From an uncultured delta proteobacterium (lineage in GTDB: Bacteria > Desulfobacterota > Binatia > UBA9968), in contig CAVSHR010000002.1 in NCBI GenBank assembly GCA_963727625.1, positions 640,001 to 704,000 of the forward strand: a stretch of 64,000 nt of DNA, in the 5' to 3' direction. Under the pieces are notes generated by a model. That model saw only the letters and a list, made by a program, of their open reading frames with translations. It made no database searches and was not told the origin of the DNA. Shown here piece by piece: positions 19,351 through 29,220 of this stretch. Both the position numbers and the translations under genes were made by a program. The first letter of the stretch is position 1, and each line of letters opens with the position of its first letter.

Positions 19351-20814
19351 ATGGCTGAAGCACAAAGAAAAAAATCCCGCTGGATAATCTATTTGCTCCT
19401 GTTGCTCATCCTGGCCGGTGTCGGCGGCGCCATCGGCTGGTATAAGTTCTTCCGCGCCGAGCCGCAGCCCGACTGGGTGACCGCGACGCCGGACATGCGC
19501 TTTAAATACGGCTCCATCGGCGCTGAGTACGACGCTGGCATTCCGTACTGGATTTTCTTTGTGCTGCCGCGCATGTTCCCGGAAAAATTACCCGGTCCCG
19601 GCGGCTATGCGTCGTTGGGCGTGGCCTGGGAACAAGGCCAAGAGCTGCCCATCGGCTTTACCAAGAAAACCATCGGCTTCCCTAGGGTCGCCAACAACTG
19701 CGCATCCTGCCACACGGCAAGCTATCGCAAGAGCCCCAATGACAATCCGGTGTTTGTGCCGACCGGGCCGAACCACACGCTCAACCTTCAGGCATTTTTT
19801 CGTTTCGTCGTCGATTGCGCTAGAGACCCGCGTTTCAACGCGGACGAGATCATGAGCGAGATCGCGCTCGTCTACAAATTGCCGCTGCTCGATCGGTTGA
19901 TTTACCGCTACCTGCTGATCCCGATCACGAAAAAGCGTTTGCTCGAACGGGAGAAGCAATTTCAATGGGTCTACCATAGAGACTTTCCGTTGTGGGGACG
20001 CGGTCGCGATGACGCCATGAACCTCACGAAATATTTTCTGCTCAACTGGCCGATGGATGACAGCATCGGCCCCACCGACATGCCCTCGGTGTGGAACCTA
20101 AAAAAATACAAACCGGAAAAGGGCATGCTGATGAATCTCGCCGGCGACAGCCACGATGCGCGCTCGGTGATCATCGACTCAGCGCTCGGCTTGCTCAGCG
20201 CTGCGCCGCACAATCGAGATGACTTCCTCAAAGAGATCGACTGGCTGGTCAAATATCTCAGCGAAAAGCAGGCTCCCAAGTATCCCTTTCCGATCAATCA
20301 ACAACAGGCCGGAGCGGGCAAGGCCGTGTTCGACGCCAACTGCGTCGGCTGCCATGCCAGCGAGCGCACCGGCAAGCGCGTGCCGGTCGATGAAGTGGGG
20401 ACCGATAAAGAGCGACTCAAGACCTGGAGCAAGAAGGCAGCCATCGAATCGAACAAGGTGGTGCGCAGCTTCGGCATCGAGCGGGCCGGCCTGGTGGAGA
20501 ACGAACCGAGCGGTTATATCGCGGCCTTCCTCGACGGCATCTGGCTGCGCGCACCCTATCTGCACAATGGCTCGGTGCCGACGTTGCGCGATCTGCTCCG
20601 GCCGGCCGCCGAGCGGCCCAAGGTATTTTACCGTGGCTATAACGTTTACGACCCGGCGGATGTCGGATTCGTGACCCAGGGCCCGGAGGCCGAGCGGGTC
20701 GGCACCAAATACGACGTAAGCGAGCGGGCCAGTGGTAATCAGGGACATGAATTCGGCGCGAATCTGCCGGCCAAAGACAAGGACGCGCTGATCGAATATT
20801 TGAAGACCCTGTGA
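19351..20814 (+). CDS. RoxA-like dihaem cytochrome c protein (paralog 2)
   Basis: N-terminal TM; CASCH and CVGCH; LDGIWLRAPYLHNGSVPTL; GNQGHEFG...LIEYLKTL. Confidence 0.82.
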   Translation: MAEAQRKKSRWIIYLLLLLILAGVGGAIGWYKFFRAEPQPDWVTATPDMRFKYGSIGAEYDAGIPYWIFFVLPRMFPEKLPGPGGYASLGVAWEQGQELPIGFTKKTIGFPRVANNCASCHTASYRKSPNDNPVFVPTGPNHTLNLQAFFRFVVDCARDPRFNADEIMSEIALVYKLPLLDRLIYRYLLIPITKKRLLEREKQFQWVYHRDFPLWGRGRDDAMNLTKYFLLNWPMDDSIGPTDMPSVWNLKKYKPEKGMLMNLAGDSHDARSVIIDSALGLLSAAPHNRDDFLKEIDWLVKYLSEKQAPKYPFPINQQQAGAGKAVFDANCVGCHASERTGKRVPVDEVGTDKERLKTWSKKAAIESNKVVRSFGIERAGLVENEPSGYIAAFLDGIWLRAPYLHNGSVPTLRDLLRPAAERPKVFYRGYNVYDPADVGFVTQGPEAERVGTKYDVSERASGNQGHEFGANLPAKDKDALIEYLKTL

Positions 20815-20895
20815 CGCCGGAGAGCGTGTTTAGACCGTGAAAAGAGCGCGGCGTTCTGCTGGCGTGGCGGCGCCGGGTTTTGCGGAGGAACAAGA

Positions 20896-23292
20896 ATGAA
20901 GAGCTTTAGATTGGACAACCTTGCAATCTTTTTCGTCATCGTTTTTCTAGTTTTGGGGTGCGGCAAAAAATCGCCCGAGCCCGGCACAGTCAAGGACGAA
21001 GCGCTGATGGTGGGGCGCATGGCGGAGAGCTTTCCGGCGGCCGATGAGGACTATTTCAAAGACATGGATGGCGCGGTGGAACTCACCGCAAACGAAATCA
21101 AAGGAAGAAACAACTGGATCGTTTGGACCGGCGGCAACGATCGCTTCTGGGATTACCTGGGGAACAATAGCTTCGGCGCCTTGGATTTTTTGAAAACCCT
21201 CTCCTCTCATCCGAGCATCAAACACTACAGCCGGGACAACCGCTGGCGCTATCTCGGCCTGGTCAACGAGCCTTGCTTCGAGAAGGCCAAGGGGCCGCGC
21301 GCCGACCGCTTTGGACTTTGGCTCGACGCTCGCAGCAAAGATTGCCCGCCCGATCCTTTCGAGAACGAGCAAAAATATCCCGGCGTCAAGATCGGTGCGC
21401 GGGGTAAAAATATTGCGGCCGGCTCCTATTATGGCTACGCGAGCGGCGTCGTGGGATTGCGGCTTTTTCCAAATCCGGCTTTCGATGAGGCGGCGGCAAA
21501 AAAATGGGACCCGGAACGCTACTACAGCGATCCCAAATATTATAACGATAAGAATTTAGTCCGTCCCTACCGCGTCGGCATGTCCTGCGGCTTTTGTCAT
21601 GTCGGCCCGAGCCCGGTGAAGCCGCCTGCAGATCCGGAACATCCGAAGTGGGAGAATTTGAATTCCAATCCCGGCGCGCAATATTTTTGGGTGGATCGGG
21701 TGTTTTTCTGGGACAAGGACGACGCCAGTTTCGCCTTTCAGCTGTTCCATACTTCGTTGCCGGGAACGCTGGATACTTCATTCATCTCCACCGATTACAT
21801 CAACAATCCACGCACCATGAACGCGGTCTATAGCATTGGGCCGCGCTTGGGGCCGGCGCTGCGCTGGGGCAAGGAAAAACTTGCAGGAGGCGGTCTCAAA
21901 AATAAACAATTCCAAGATTTCAAACAAACCGCGGCATTGTCTCAGTTCTACCAAGCGCCGGACTCGGTATTCACGCCGCGCGTGCTCAAGGACGGCTCCG
22001 ATTCCGTCGGTATTCTCGGCGCGCTCAATCGCGTATTCATCAACATCGGGCTTTTCAGCGAAGAGTGGATTCTTCATTTCAACCCGCTGGTCGGCGGCAA
22101 GAAGATCACCCCGATCCGGATCGATGGTGCGGAGAAAAACTCCAGCTATTGGAATGCCACGGTGAATCAGACGGCCGACGTGGCTTTGTTTTTCCTCAAG
22201 ACCGCCAAGCCCGACCGGCTCAAGGACGCACCGGGAGGAGCAAAGTTTCTTAGCACGGACAAAGCGACGCTCAGCCGCGGCAAGATCGCGTTTGCGACTA
22301 CCTGCGCGCGCTGCCATTCGAGCAAGATTCCCGAGGCGCCGGCCAGCGTCGACGATTCCAACTGGGATCAATATTGGACCTGGACCAAAACCGACGACTT
22401 CAAAGACAAAATGAAAGCCATCGTGCTGGCCGACGATTTTCTCACCGACAATTATCTTTCCACCGAGCGCCGGATTTCCGTGACCCTGTTGCAGACCAAC
22501 GCGTGCAGCCCGCTGGCGACCAACGCCTTGGGCGGCAACATCTGGGATAATTTCTCGTCACAAACTTATAAAGATTTGCCGTCGGCCGGCAAAATGACGC
22601 TCTACAATCCGATCGACGGCGGCCCGTTCGAATACGAATTGCCGGCCGGTGGCCGGGGATACACGCGCGTGCCGTCGTTGATCAGTCTGTGGTCGACCGC
22701 GCCGTTCTTGTTGAATAACTCGGTAGGCAAGTTCAACTGGAGTCCTGCCGTCGACTCGCGCATGGAGTCGTTCAACGATGCAATCGAAAAAATGCTCTGG
22801 CCGGAAAAGCGCGACAAGGATCCGATTCTCGGCGATAAAGTTCCGGGATTCATCTATCGCACGACGGCGACGAGCTACATCAAGGCTCCCGCCGGCTACT
22901 TGCCGGCAGGCTTAGGAAAGCTTTTGAGTTGGGGTGATTGGCTGCACAATCTGTTGCCGTGGCTCTTCAGCGAAGGGATGGTCAAAATCGGCCCCATCCC
23001 CAAGGGAACACCGGTGAGTCTGTTGACCAACATCGATCTCGAGACCGACAAACTCGATCTCGCCAAACTCTTGCTCAAGATGAAAGAAGATCTCATTCGC
23101 GTCGAGGGCAAGAGCGAAGAAGAGGCGGCCCGGGTGTTCAAAAACCTGGTTCCCGATCTGCTCAAAGTGAGCAAGTGTCCAGATTACGTGGTGAACAAGG
23201 GGCATTACTTCGGCACGAGCCTCTTCAAGGAAGAGCCGCCGTTGAGCGACGACGATAAACACGCGCTGATCGAGTTCTTGAAGACTTTTTGA
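20896..23292 (+). CDS. Large dihaem cytochrome c lipoprotein, divergent RoxA-like (paralog 3)
   Basis: Lipobox VLGC; CGFCH and CARCH; variant motif SLWSTAPFLLNNSV; NKGHYFG...LIEFLKTF. Confidence 0.75.
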   Translation: MKSFRLDNLAIFFVIVFLVLGCGKKSPEPGTVKDEALMVGRMAESFPAADEDYFKDMDGAVELTANEIKGRNNWIVWTGGNDRFWDYLGNNSFGALDFLKTLSSHPSIKHYSRDNRWRYLGLVNEPCFEKAKGPRADRFGLWLDARSKDCPPDPFENEQKYPGVKIGARGKNIAAGSYYGYASGVVGLRLFPNPAFDEAAAKKWDPERYYSDPKYYNDKNLVRPYRVGMSCGFCHVGPSPVKPPADPEHPKWENLNSNPGAQYFWVDRVFFWDKDDASFAFQLFHTSLPGTLDTSFISTDYINNPRTMNAVYSIGPRLGPALRWGKEKLAGGGLKNKQFQDFKQTAALSQFYQAPDSVFTPRVLKDGSDSVGILGALNRVFINIGLFSEEWILHFNPLVGGKKITPIRIDGAEKNSSYWNATVNQTADVALFFLKTAKPDRLKDAPGGAKFLSTDKATLSRGKIAFATTCARCHSSKIPEAPASVDDSNWDQYWTWTKTDDFKDKMKAIVLADDFLTDNYLSTERRISVTLLQTNACSPLATNALGGNIWDNFSSQTYKDLPSAGKMTLYNPIDGGPFEYELPAGGRGYTRVPSLISLWSTAPFLLNNSVGKFNWSPAVDSRMESFNDAIEKMLWPEKRDKDPILGDKVPGFIYRTTATSYIKAPAGYLPAGLGKLLSWGDWLHNLLPWLFSEGMVKIGPIPKGTPVSLLTNIDLETDKLDLAKLLLKMKEDLIRVEGKSEEEAARVFKNLVPDLLKVSKCPDYVVNKGHYFGTSLFKEEPPLSDDDKHALIEFLKTF

Positions 23293-23317
23293 CTGTCGCT
23301 CGGAAACATTCTGCGAA

Positions 23318-25174
23318 ATGTCTGACGCCGCCGCGCTCGCGCGCGAATACGAATACATCGTCGTCGGTTCGGGCGCGGGCGGCGGCACCTTGGCCGCACG
23401 CTTGGCCGAGGCCGGCCATTCGGTGCTGCTGCTCGAAGCCGGCGGCGACCCGCTAAGTTTGACCGGCGAGCGCCTGCCAGAAGACTATCAAGTTCCCGCC
23501 TTTCACGCCTTCGCTTCGGAAAATCCCGCCATGAAGTGGGATTTTTTCGTGCGCCATTACGACAACGAGGAGCGCCAGCGAAAAGACTCCAAGTACACGT
23601 CGGAACGACGCGGCGTGCTCTACCCGCGCGCGGGCACGCTGGGCGGCTGCACTGCGCACAACGCCATGATCCTGGTCTATCCGCACAACGCGGACTGGGA
23701 TTATATCGCGAAGCTCACCGGCGATTCGACGTGGCAAGCCACAAACATGCGCGGTTATTTTGAGCGACTCGAAGATTGCCGGCATCGCCCGCTGTATCGT
23801 TGGTTGAAAAAACTATTCTTCGTTAATCCGAGCGGTCACGGTTTCGCCGGTTGGTTGCCTGTGGAACGGCCGCGGCCGCCACGCAAAGCGTTGCGCGACC
23901 GGGAAATGATGGACGTGATCGAGCGCTCGGCCTTGGGCGCCATCGCCGAGCTGGAGCACCCGCTCAAGCGTTTCTTCTGGTTCCTCCGCGCCAAGGGCGA
24001 TCCCAACGACTGGCGCATCGTCCGGCGCAACGCCTTCGGCATTCGTTATGTGCCGCTGACGACTTCCAAGCATGAACGCACCGGCAGTCGCGAACGGCTG
24101 AAGGAGGTTTTGCGCCGCTGTCCCGATAAGCTGCGCATCGAGCTTGATGCGTTGGCAAGCCGGGTTTTATTCGATGCCAATAATCGCGCCGTCGGCGTCG
24201 AGTATCTCAAAGGTGAAAATCTCTATCGCGCCCACGCCAACCCGGCAGCGGACCCGGGCGATCGGAGAGAGGCGCGAGCGTCGCGAGAGGTGATTCTCTC
24301 TGGCGGCGCGTTCAACACGCCGCAGTTGCTCAAGCTTTCCGGCGTTGGCCCGCGCCGGGAGTTGGAACAACATGGTATCGCAGTGCGCGTGGATCTGCCG
24401 GGTGTTGGCGCCAATCTCCAGGACCGCTACGAAGTAAGCGTGGTTTACCGCATGCGCGACGCATGGGACTTTATGAAGGACGCCGAATTCCGTAAAGGCG
24501 ACGCCTGTTTCCGGGAATGGGAAAGATCACGCCAAGGAGTTTATGCCACCAACGGCGGCATGTTCGCCGTGCTCAAGAAGTCGCGCCCGGAGCGAAACTT
24601 GCCGGATTTGTTCTGTCTGAGCTTATTGACCCGTTTCGAGGGTTATTTTCCGGGCTATTCAAATCTCATTGCGGAGAACCAAAGCTATCTCAGTTGGATC
24701 ATTCTAAAAGCTCACACGGAGAACAACGCCGGTACGGTGACATTACAATCCGCCGATCCGCGCGACCCCCCGCGCATCAGCTTTCGGTACTTCGACGAAG
24801 GCAGCGACAAACCCGGAGGAGATCTCGACGCTGTCGTCGACGGTGTGAAATTTGTGCGACGGATCAGCTCGGATTTAGTGCAAAGCGGGCATATCGCCGA
24901 GGAGCACTTGCCTGGCGCTCAGGCGCAAACCGACGAGCAGCTCCGGGATTTCGCCCGTCACAACGCTTGGGGTCATCACGCCTCATGCACCTGCCCGATC
25001 GGCGCCAAAGAGAAGGGCGGCGTCTTGAGCAGCGATTTTCGCGTGCATGGAACCCAGGGACTGCGCGTCGTTGACGCCTCCGTATTTCCGCGAATTCCGG
25101 GGTATTTTATCGTTAGTGCGGTGTACATGATCGGCGAAAAAGCCGCTGACGTGATCCTCGCCGACGCAAAGTAG
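23318..25174 (+). CDS. GMC-family FAD oxidoreductase (choline dehydrogenase-like)
   Basis: IVVGSGAGG, YPRAGTLGGCTAHNAM, GGAFNTPQLL.LSGVG, VGANLQD, HHASCTC, LRVVDAS. Confidence 0.93.
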   Translation: MSDAAALAREYEYIVVGSGAGGGTLAARLAEAGHSVLLLEAGGDPLSLTGERLPEDYQVPAFHAFASENPAMKWDFFVRHYDNEERQRKDSKYTSERRGVLYPRAGTLGGCTAHNAMILVYPHNADWDYIAKLTGDSTWQATNMRGYFERLEDCRHRPLYRWLKKLFFVNPSGHGFAGWLPVERPRPPRKALRDREMMDVIERSALGAIAELEHPLKRFFWFLRAKGDPNDWRIVRRNAFGIRYVPLTTSKHERTGSRERLKEVLRRCPDKLRIELDALASRVLFDANNRAVGVEYLKGENLYRAHANPAADPGDRREARASREVILSGGAFNTPQLLKLSGVGPRRELEQHGIAVRVDLPGVGANLQDRYEVSVVYRMRDAWDFMKDAEFRKGDACFREWERSRQGVYATNGGMFAVLKKSRPERNLPDLFCLSLLTRFEGYFPGYSNLIAENQSYLSWIILKAHTENNAGTVTLQSADPRDPPRISFRYFDEGSDKPGGDLDAVVDGVKFVRRISSDLVQSGHIAEEHLPGAQAQTDEQLRDFARHNAWGHHASCTCPIGAKEKGGVLSSDFRVHGTQGLRVVDASVFPRIPGYFIVSAVYMIGEKAADVILADAK

Positions 25175-25220
25175 TCAAAGCTAGAAGCGCTTGTGCATGA
25201 GTCACCGTCTCATCAATACA

Positions 25221-28019
25221 CTAGCGGATTTTGAAATTCGGGTCGCTCTCAGCGCCCCGGCGCGGTTTCCACTGTAACGAATAGTAATCGCCTCGGTCGC
25301 GGGCCCATGGATCGAAAACGTTGATCACCGGATCGAGCTCTGATTTCAATTGTGGAATCGTTCTCAGCAACACGCGCTTTAGCGGGGATACGTCAATTCC
25401 ATGCCCGTTCGCTTTAAAGCGCTCCTTGATCCTTCCATCCGGACCGTTTTCGTTTACCCACCGGACTCCGAGGTGAGAATAAAATTCGGGGCGAAAGCTC
25501 GAGGTCAGAAAGCGATCGCTAAACAGCCGGCGCGAGGCGTTCAAAATAAAAACCTGCAACTGGGTTTCGGAAATCGCAAAGCCGTGCGGGCGCACCGGCT
25601 CGGCGAGCCAACCTACCATCGCGTCGAGATCCTCGATGTTGTCGACCAACGTACCGTCGGGATGCCCGAGACAGTCGTTGATCGGCGATCCGTCCGAATT
25701 CTTCTGCGCGTCTGTGATGATCTTTCGCGCGGTGCATTTGTGCCGTCCATAGATTTCGCGCAGCAGCGCGACTCGCTTCTGCTGTTCGGCGTGTTCGGCC
25801 CTATCGCGCGGCAGCGACGGGTCGATGAAATCATCGAAGCTGGTCAATTGCCGCAGTCCATACTGGCGGCGAAATTCGTTATAACGCGGAATGCCGCGTT
25901 CCCTATCGCGGAGAATATCCAGCGCCAGGACATCGATTTTGCCGCTGGCGCTCTTCAGCCGGGGCAGCTCCAGGTTTTGCAGGAACAAAGGATGGTTTTG
26001 CAAGGTCAGTGCGCCGACGCGCTGGCGTCCCATCGATAGCGCCCAATCGGCGATGCCGTAGCGGCGCATCGCCTGGGTCGCTTTGCCGAGCACCGTGTCG
26101 GCTACCGGAATTTTTAGCTTGATCGCGTTGGGGTTATCCTTAAGCTCACGCAACTCGATCAAATCCGGCACCATCGGATGGAGCCGATAAGCGTTGATGA
26201 ATTCTTCGGGAAAATTGAACGGCGAGCCGAAATGATTGACGCCGGCCATAATGTCGGCCTTCTTGCTGCCGAGACCAAAGATTCCCGGGCCGGCGGCGAA
26301 CGCCGAATACCACTCGGTCGACCGTTTGCCGCTCGCTGAATCTGCAAAGTTTTGCACGACTTTTTCCAGGGCTGCGCTGGCCAGTGGAAAGTCTTGCAGC
26401 AGACCCGACCAGTTGGCGTTCATCGCCAGGTAGAGCGGCTCGTCGTAAAGCATCTGCGGCGTCCACTCGATGGTATGAATCTTGGCGATCTCGGCGGCGA
26501 CGACCAGGCGCGCGACTTCAAATAATTCATCGGCGCTGACGTCTTTGTAGCGGATTATCCGGTCCGGGGTCTCGGGGTTGCGCAGTCCGGAGTCTTGCTC
26601 CGGTTCGAGGGTGGCCCGCCGGCGAAAAGCCTCGACGAATAAATTATGCTCGCGGGCAAAGACGTTGTGAAAGAAGCTCAGACCGATATTCCAGTTGTCC
26701 GGAAAAGCCACGGCTTCCTGGCCAGCCCATTGAGGATTTTGCGGATCGGACGGGGTTAAGATCGGCAGATAGCCCGGATTCTTATGGGCTCCCAAGCTCG
26801 CTTCAAGCAGCAGCTTCGCCGGATCGCGCGGATCGCGCTTGACCCGGTGCCGGGAAGTTTCGTTGTAGCCGTAGATCTGCGATGCGTCCCACCACGCAGT
26901 GACTTTATTCAGGGTCGTTTTTGGCGCCCGCGAAAGGTAACGCTTGTCCCCGACGGTGAAGGTCGGCGGAGAGGAATCCTCGGCAATGAGGGTGCGATCG
27001 ATTCTATCCTCCGGCCGGCAGCCAAGCTGTTTGATTGTCTCTGAGATCAAAGGGGTTGCGCCGCCATTCGTGTTATGGGTGCCGCAACCGGTGGCGATCA
27101 TCGCCGCGGCGTTATGTCCTTCGTCGAGATGGGAGAACCAGTCATGGGTCATGAACTGAATCCAAAAGGCCGCCAGGACGTTGATGTGTGCGGCCTGGTG
27201 ATAGTCGCAGTGCGCTTGCGTTGACAAGTTCGGCAGACCACGGCCATTGCGGCATTTTTCCGGCGCGCTTTGCCGGCGCGTGAAAAGTTTCCGGCTGATC
27301 ACTTGCGGGTCGGGGGTCAAAAGCCCGATGCGGCCGGCGTGGCGATTTCTCGCCAAATCGTTCAACTCGAGATCGGGAAACGCGGCTTCGAAACCGACAT
27401 TGCGCGCGAAGGGTTGATCGGTCGCGCCCATCAGCGGATTGAAGATGTCGTTGCAAATTCCAGTGAGCGTGCGGAAACGAATCAATTCGCCGCGGCAACG
27501 CTGTGGACCGTCACCGCCGACCCTTTGATAAAACGGGTGGTTTGCCGGCAGTCTAAACTGCGGCCAGACTCTGGTAACTTTGCCGGAACCATCCATAAGG
27601 TCGCGCTGGTATTTCTCGAAGGTGCCCGAGTTGTCGAACAAATTGAATTTGAGCAGCTCGATGCGTTGGTACTCGAGGTCGAGGAGGGCGCCGTCGATAC
27701 CGCGCCGATTGGGGCTTAAAAATCCCAATGCGCCGGCAACGCCGCCAACTTTGCTTTCGGCGCCCGCCGCGCCCCAATAGCGCCGCCAATCGAGCCACGG
27801 CGCGGCCCGCCATTTCGCAGCTGCTTCGCCGCCGCGGCAGCGCGCCGTGTCCTGCTGCACTTTGCCCAGGAACCGGTCGGCTCGAGCGATCGCGACTTCG
27901 CGAAATCCGCCGCTGTAATAAACCATGCAACTGCCCAAGTCGGTGGGTTTAATGATTTGAAAACCAGCGAGAAGTAAAAGGACGACGCCAAGAAACGAAA
28001 ATGACAGCTTTTTTTTCAT
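25221..28019 (-). CDS. Peroxidase-cyclooxygenase superfamily haem enzyme, alpha-dioxygenase-like
   Basis: FWIQFMTHDW, TAWWDASQIYG, FAREHN, IAKIHTIEWTP, EEFINAYRLH, RDRERGIPRYNEFRR; start trimmed to MKKKLSF with a signal-like N-terminus. Confidence 0.88.
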   Translation of the reverse strand: MKKKLSFSFLGVVLLLLAGFQIIKPTDLGSCMVYYSGGFREVAIARADRFLGKVQQDTARCRGGEAAAKWRAAPWLDWRRYWGAAGAESKVGGVAGALGFLSPNRRGIDGALLDLEYQRIELLKFNLFDNSGTFEKYQRDLMDGSGKVTRVWPQFRLPANHPFYQRVGGDGPQRCRGELIRFRTLTGICNDIFNPLMGATDQPFARNVGFEAAFPDLELNDLARNRHAGRIGLLTPDPQVISRKLFTRRQSAPEKCRNGRGLPNLSTQAHCDYHQAAHINVLAAFWIQFMTHDWFSHLDEGHNAAAMIATGCGTHNTNGGATPLISETIKQLGCRPEDRIDRTLIAEDSSPPTFTVGDKRYLSRAPKTTLNKVTAWWDASQIYGYNETSRHRVKRDPRDPAKLLLEASLGAHKNPGYLPILTPSDPQNPQWAGQEAVAFPDNWNIGLSFFHNVFAREHNLFVEAFRRRATLEPEQDSGLRNPETPDRIIRYKDVSADELFEVARLVVAAEIAKIHTIEWTPQMLYDEPLYLAMNANWSGLLQDFPLASAALEKVVQNFADSASGKRSTEWYSAFAAGPGIFGLGSKKADIMAGVNHFGSPFNFPEEFINAYRLHPMVPDLIELRELKDNPNAIKLKIPVADTVLGKATQAMRRYGIADWALSMGRQRVGALTLQNHPLFLQNLELPRLKSASGKIDVLALDILRDRERGIPRYNEFRRQYGLRQLTSFDDFIDPSLPRDRAEHAEQQKRVALLREIYGRHKCTARKIITDAQKNSDGSPINDCLGHPDGTLVDNIEDLDAMVGWLAEPVRPHGFAISETQLQVFILNASRRLFSDRFLTSSFRPEFYSHLGVRWVNENGPDGRIKERFKANGHGIDVSPLKRVLLRTIPQLKSELDPVINVFDPWARDRGDYYSLQWKPRRGAESDPNFKIR

Positions 28020-28239
28020 CCGACTACCGCGCGAGCATGCGCCGACACGCCGTCGGCCCAAAGAGAGGTTAAACAAACCTGGACCGTGCTGTCAATTTAT
28101 TGTCGGCGATTTTGCGTCCAGTTGCCCTTTGGTAATGAAGCCGATATAGCTCGAAGCACACTCCACAAATGCAGTCTGGCGATTGTATCTTTACCGCCGA
28201 TCTTTTCGCCGATCCCCGGATAGCCCTAAGGAATAATAG

Positions 28240-29118
28240 ATGAATTCTATTCCGGCCGAAGCTTTTGCCCTGGTCAACGCTTTTCTCTTCGCGTTGCACA
28301 ACATGTTCACCAAGAAGGCGCTGCGCACCTCTAATCCCGCCACCGCGGTGATCAGCAGTCTGTTGATCAACATTATTTTTCTCTGGAGCGTGTCGGTCCT
28401 GATCGTGCCGCTGAAATCGCTCACCGATCCCGCGATCTTGATCTTCGTCGGCGTCGGCTTTTTCCAGCCGGGCTTGACCCGCCTGCTCAGTTACAAAGGC
28501 ATCGACGCGCTCGGCGTGGCGATCACCGATCCAATCCGTGCCACCACGCCTCTGTTCAGCGCCGCCATGGCGATCATTTTCCTCGGCGAAAAAATCACTA
28601 TGCCGATCATTGTCGCCACGCTGATGATCATTGCCGGGATTACTCTCTTATCCTGGCGCAGCGGTTCGTTGAAGCTCACCGGCTCGGCCGTCTATCTCTG
28701 GTATCCGATCGCCGCCTCGGCGCTCGCCGGCGCCACGCAAGTCGTGCGCAAGTTCGGCATGGCCGCCGTGCCACACCCGTTCCTTGCTGCCGCCGTGACG
28801 GCTTCATCGTCCTTTGTCGTGTCGATCGTGACGCTTTGGTACGTGGAGAAGAGTCAGGAAACCTGGAAGATGAACCGGCAGTGCTTCTGGTGGTTCCTCG
28901 CCGCCGGCATAACCATCAGTTTGGGCATGACTTGCATCTACTACGCCCTCGATCTCGGCAAAGTCTCGGTGGTGATACCGATCAGCAGTACCGGCCCATT
29001 TTTTTCACTGATCCTGGCGGCGCTCTTCTTGCGCGATGTCGAACGCGTGACGTTGAGGATCGTCATCAGCGCGGCGATGATCGTCGGCGGGGTGGTGCTG
29101 TTGACCTTGTGGAAGTAG
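28240..29118 (+). CDS. EamA/DMT family transporter
   Basis: 292 aa, two hydrophobic repeats ending PLFS...FLGEKIT and PFFSL...FLRDVERVT. Confidence 0.9.
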   Translation: MNSIPAEAFALVNAFLFALHNMFTKKALRTSNPATAVISSLLINIIFLWSVSVLIVPLKSLTDPAILIFVGVGFFQPGLTRLLSYKGIDALGVAITDPIRATTPLFSAAMAIIFLGEKITMPIIVATLMIIAGITLLSWRSGSLKLTGSAVYLWYPIAASALAGATQVVRKFGMAAVPHPFLAAAVTASSSFVVSIVTLWYVEKSQETWKMNRQCFWWFLAAGITISLGMTCIYYALDLGKVSVVIPISSTGPFFSLILAALFLRDVERVTLRIVISAAMIVGGVVLLTLWK

Positions 29119-29220
29119 GGACCGCGAACGAATCTCGAAAAGAATTCCGAGAGCGACCTTCTTCCTTTCCAAAGGAAAAAAAACACGATATGAGGGAGCG
29201 AGGAAATTTCACGAGGTCAT

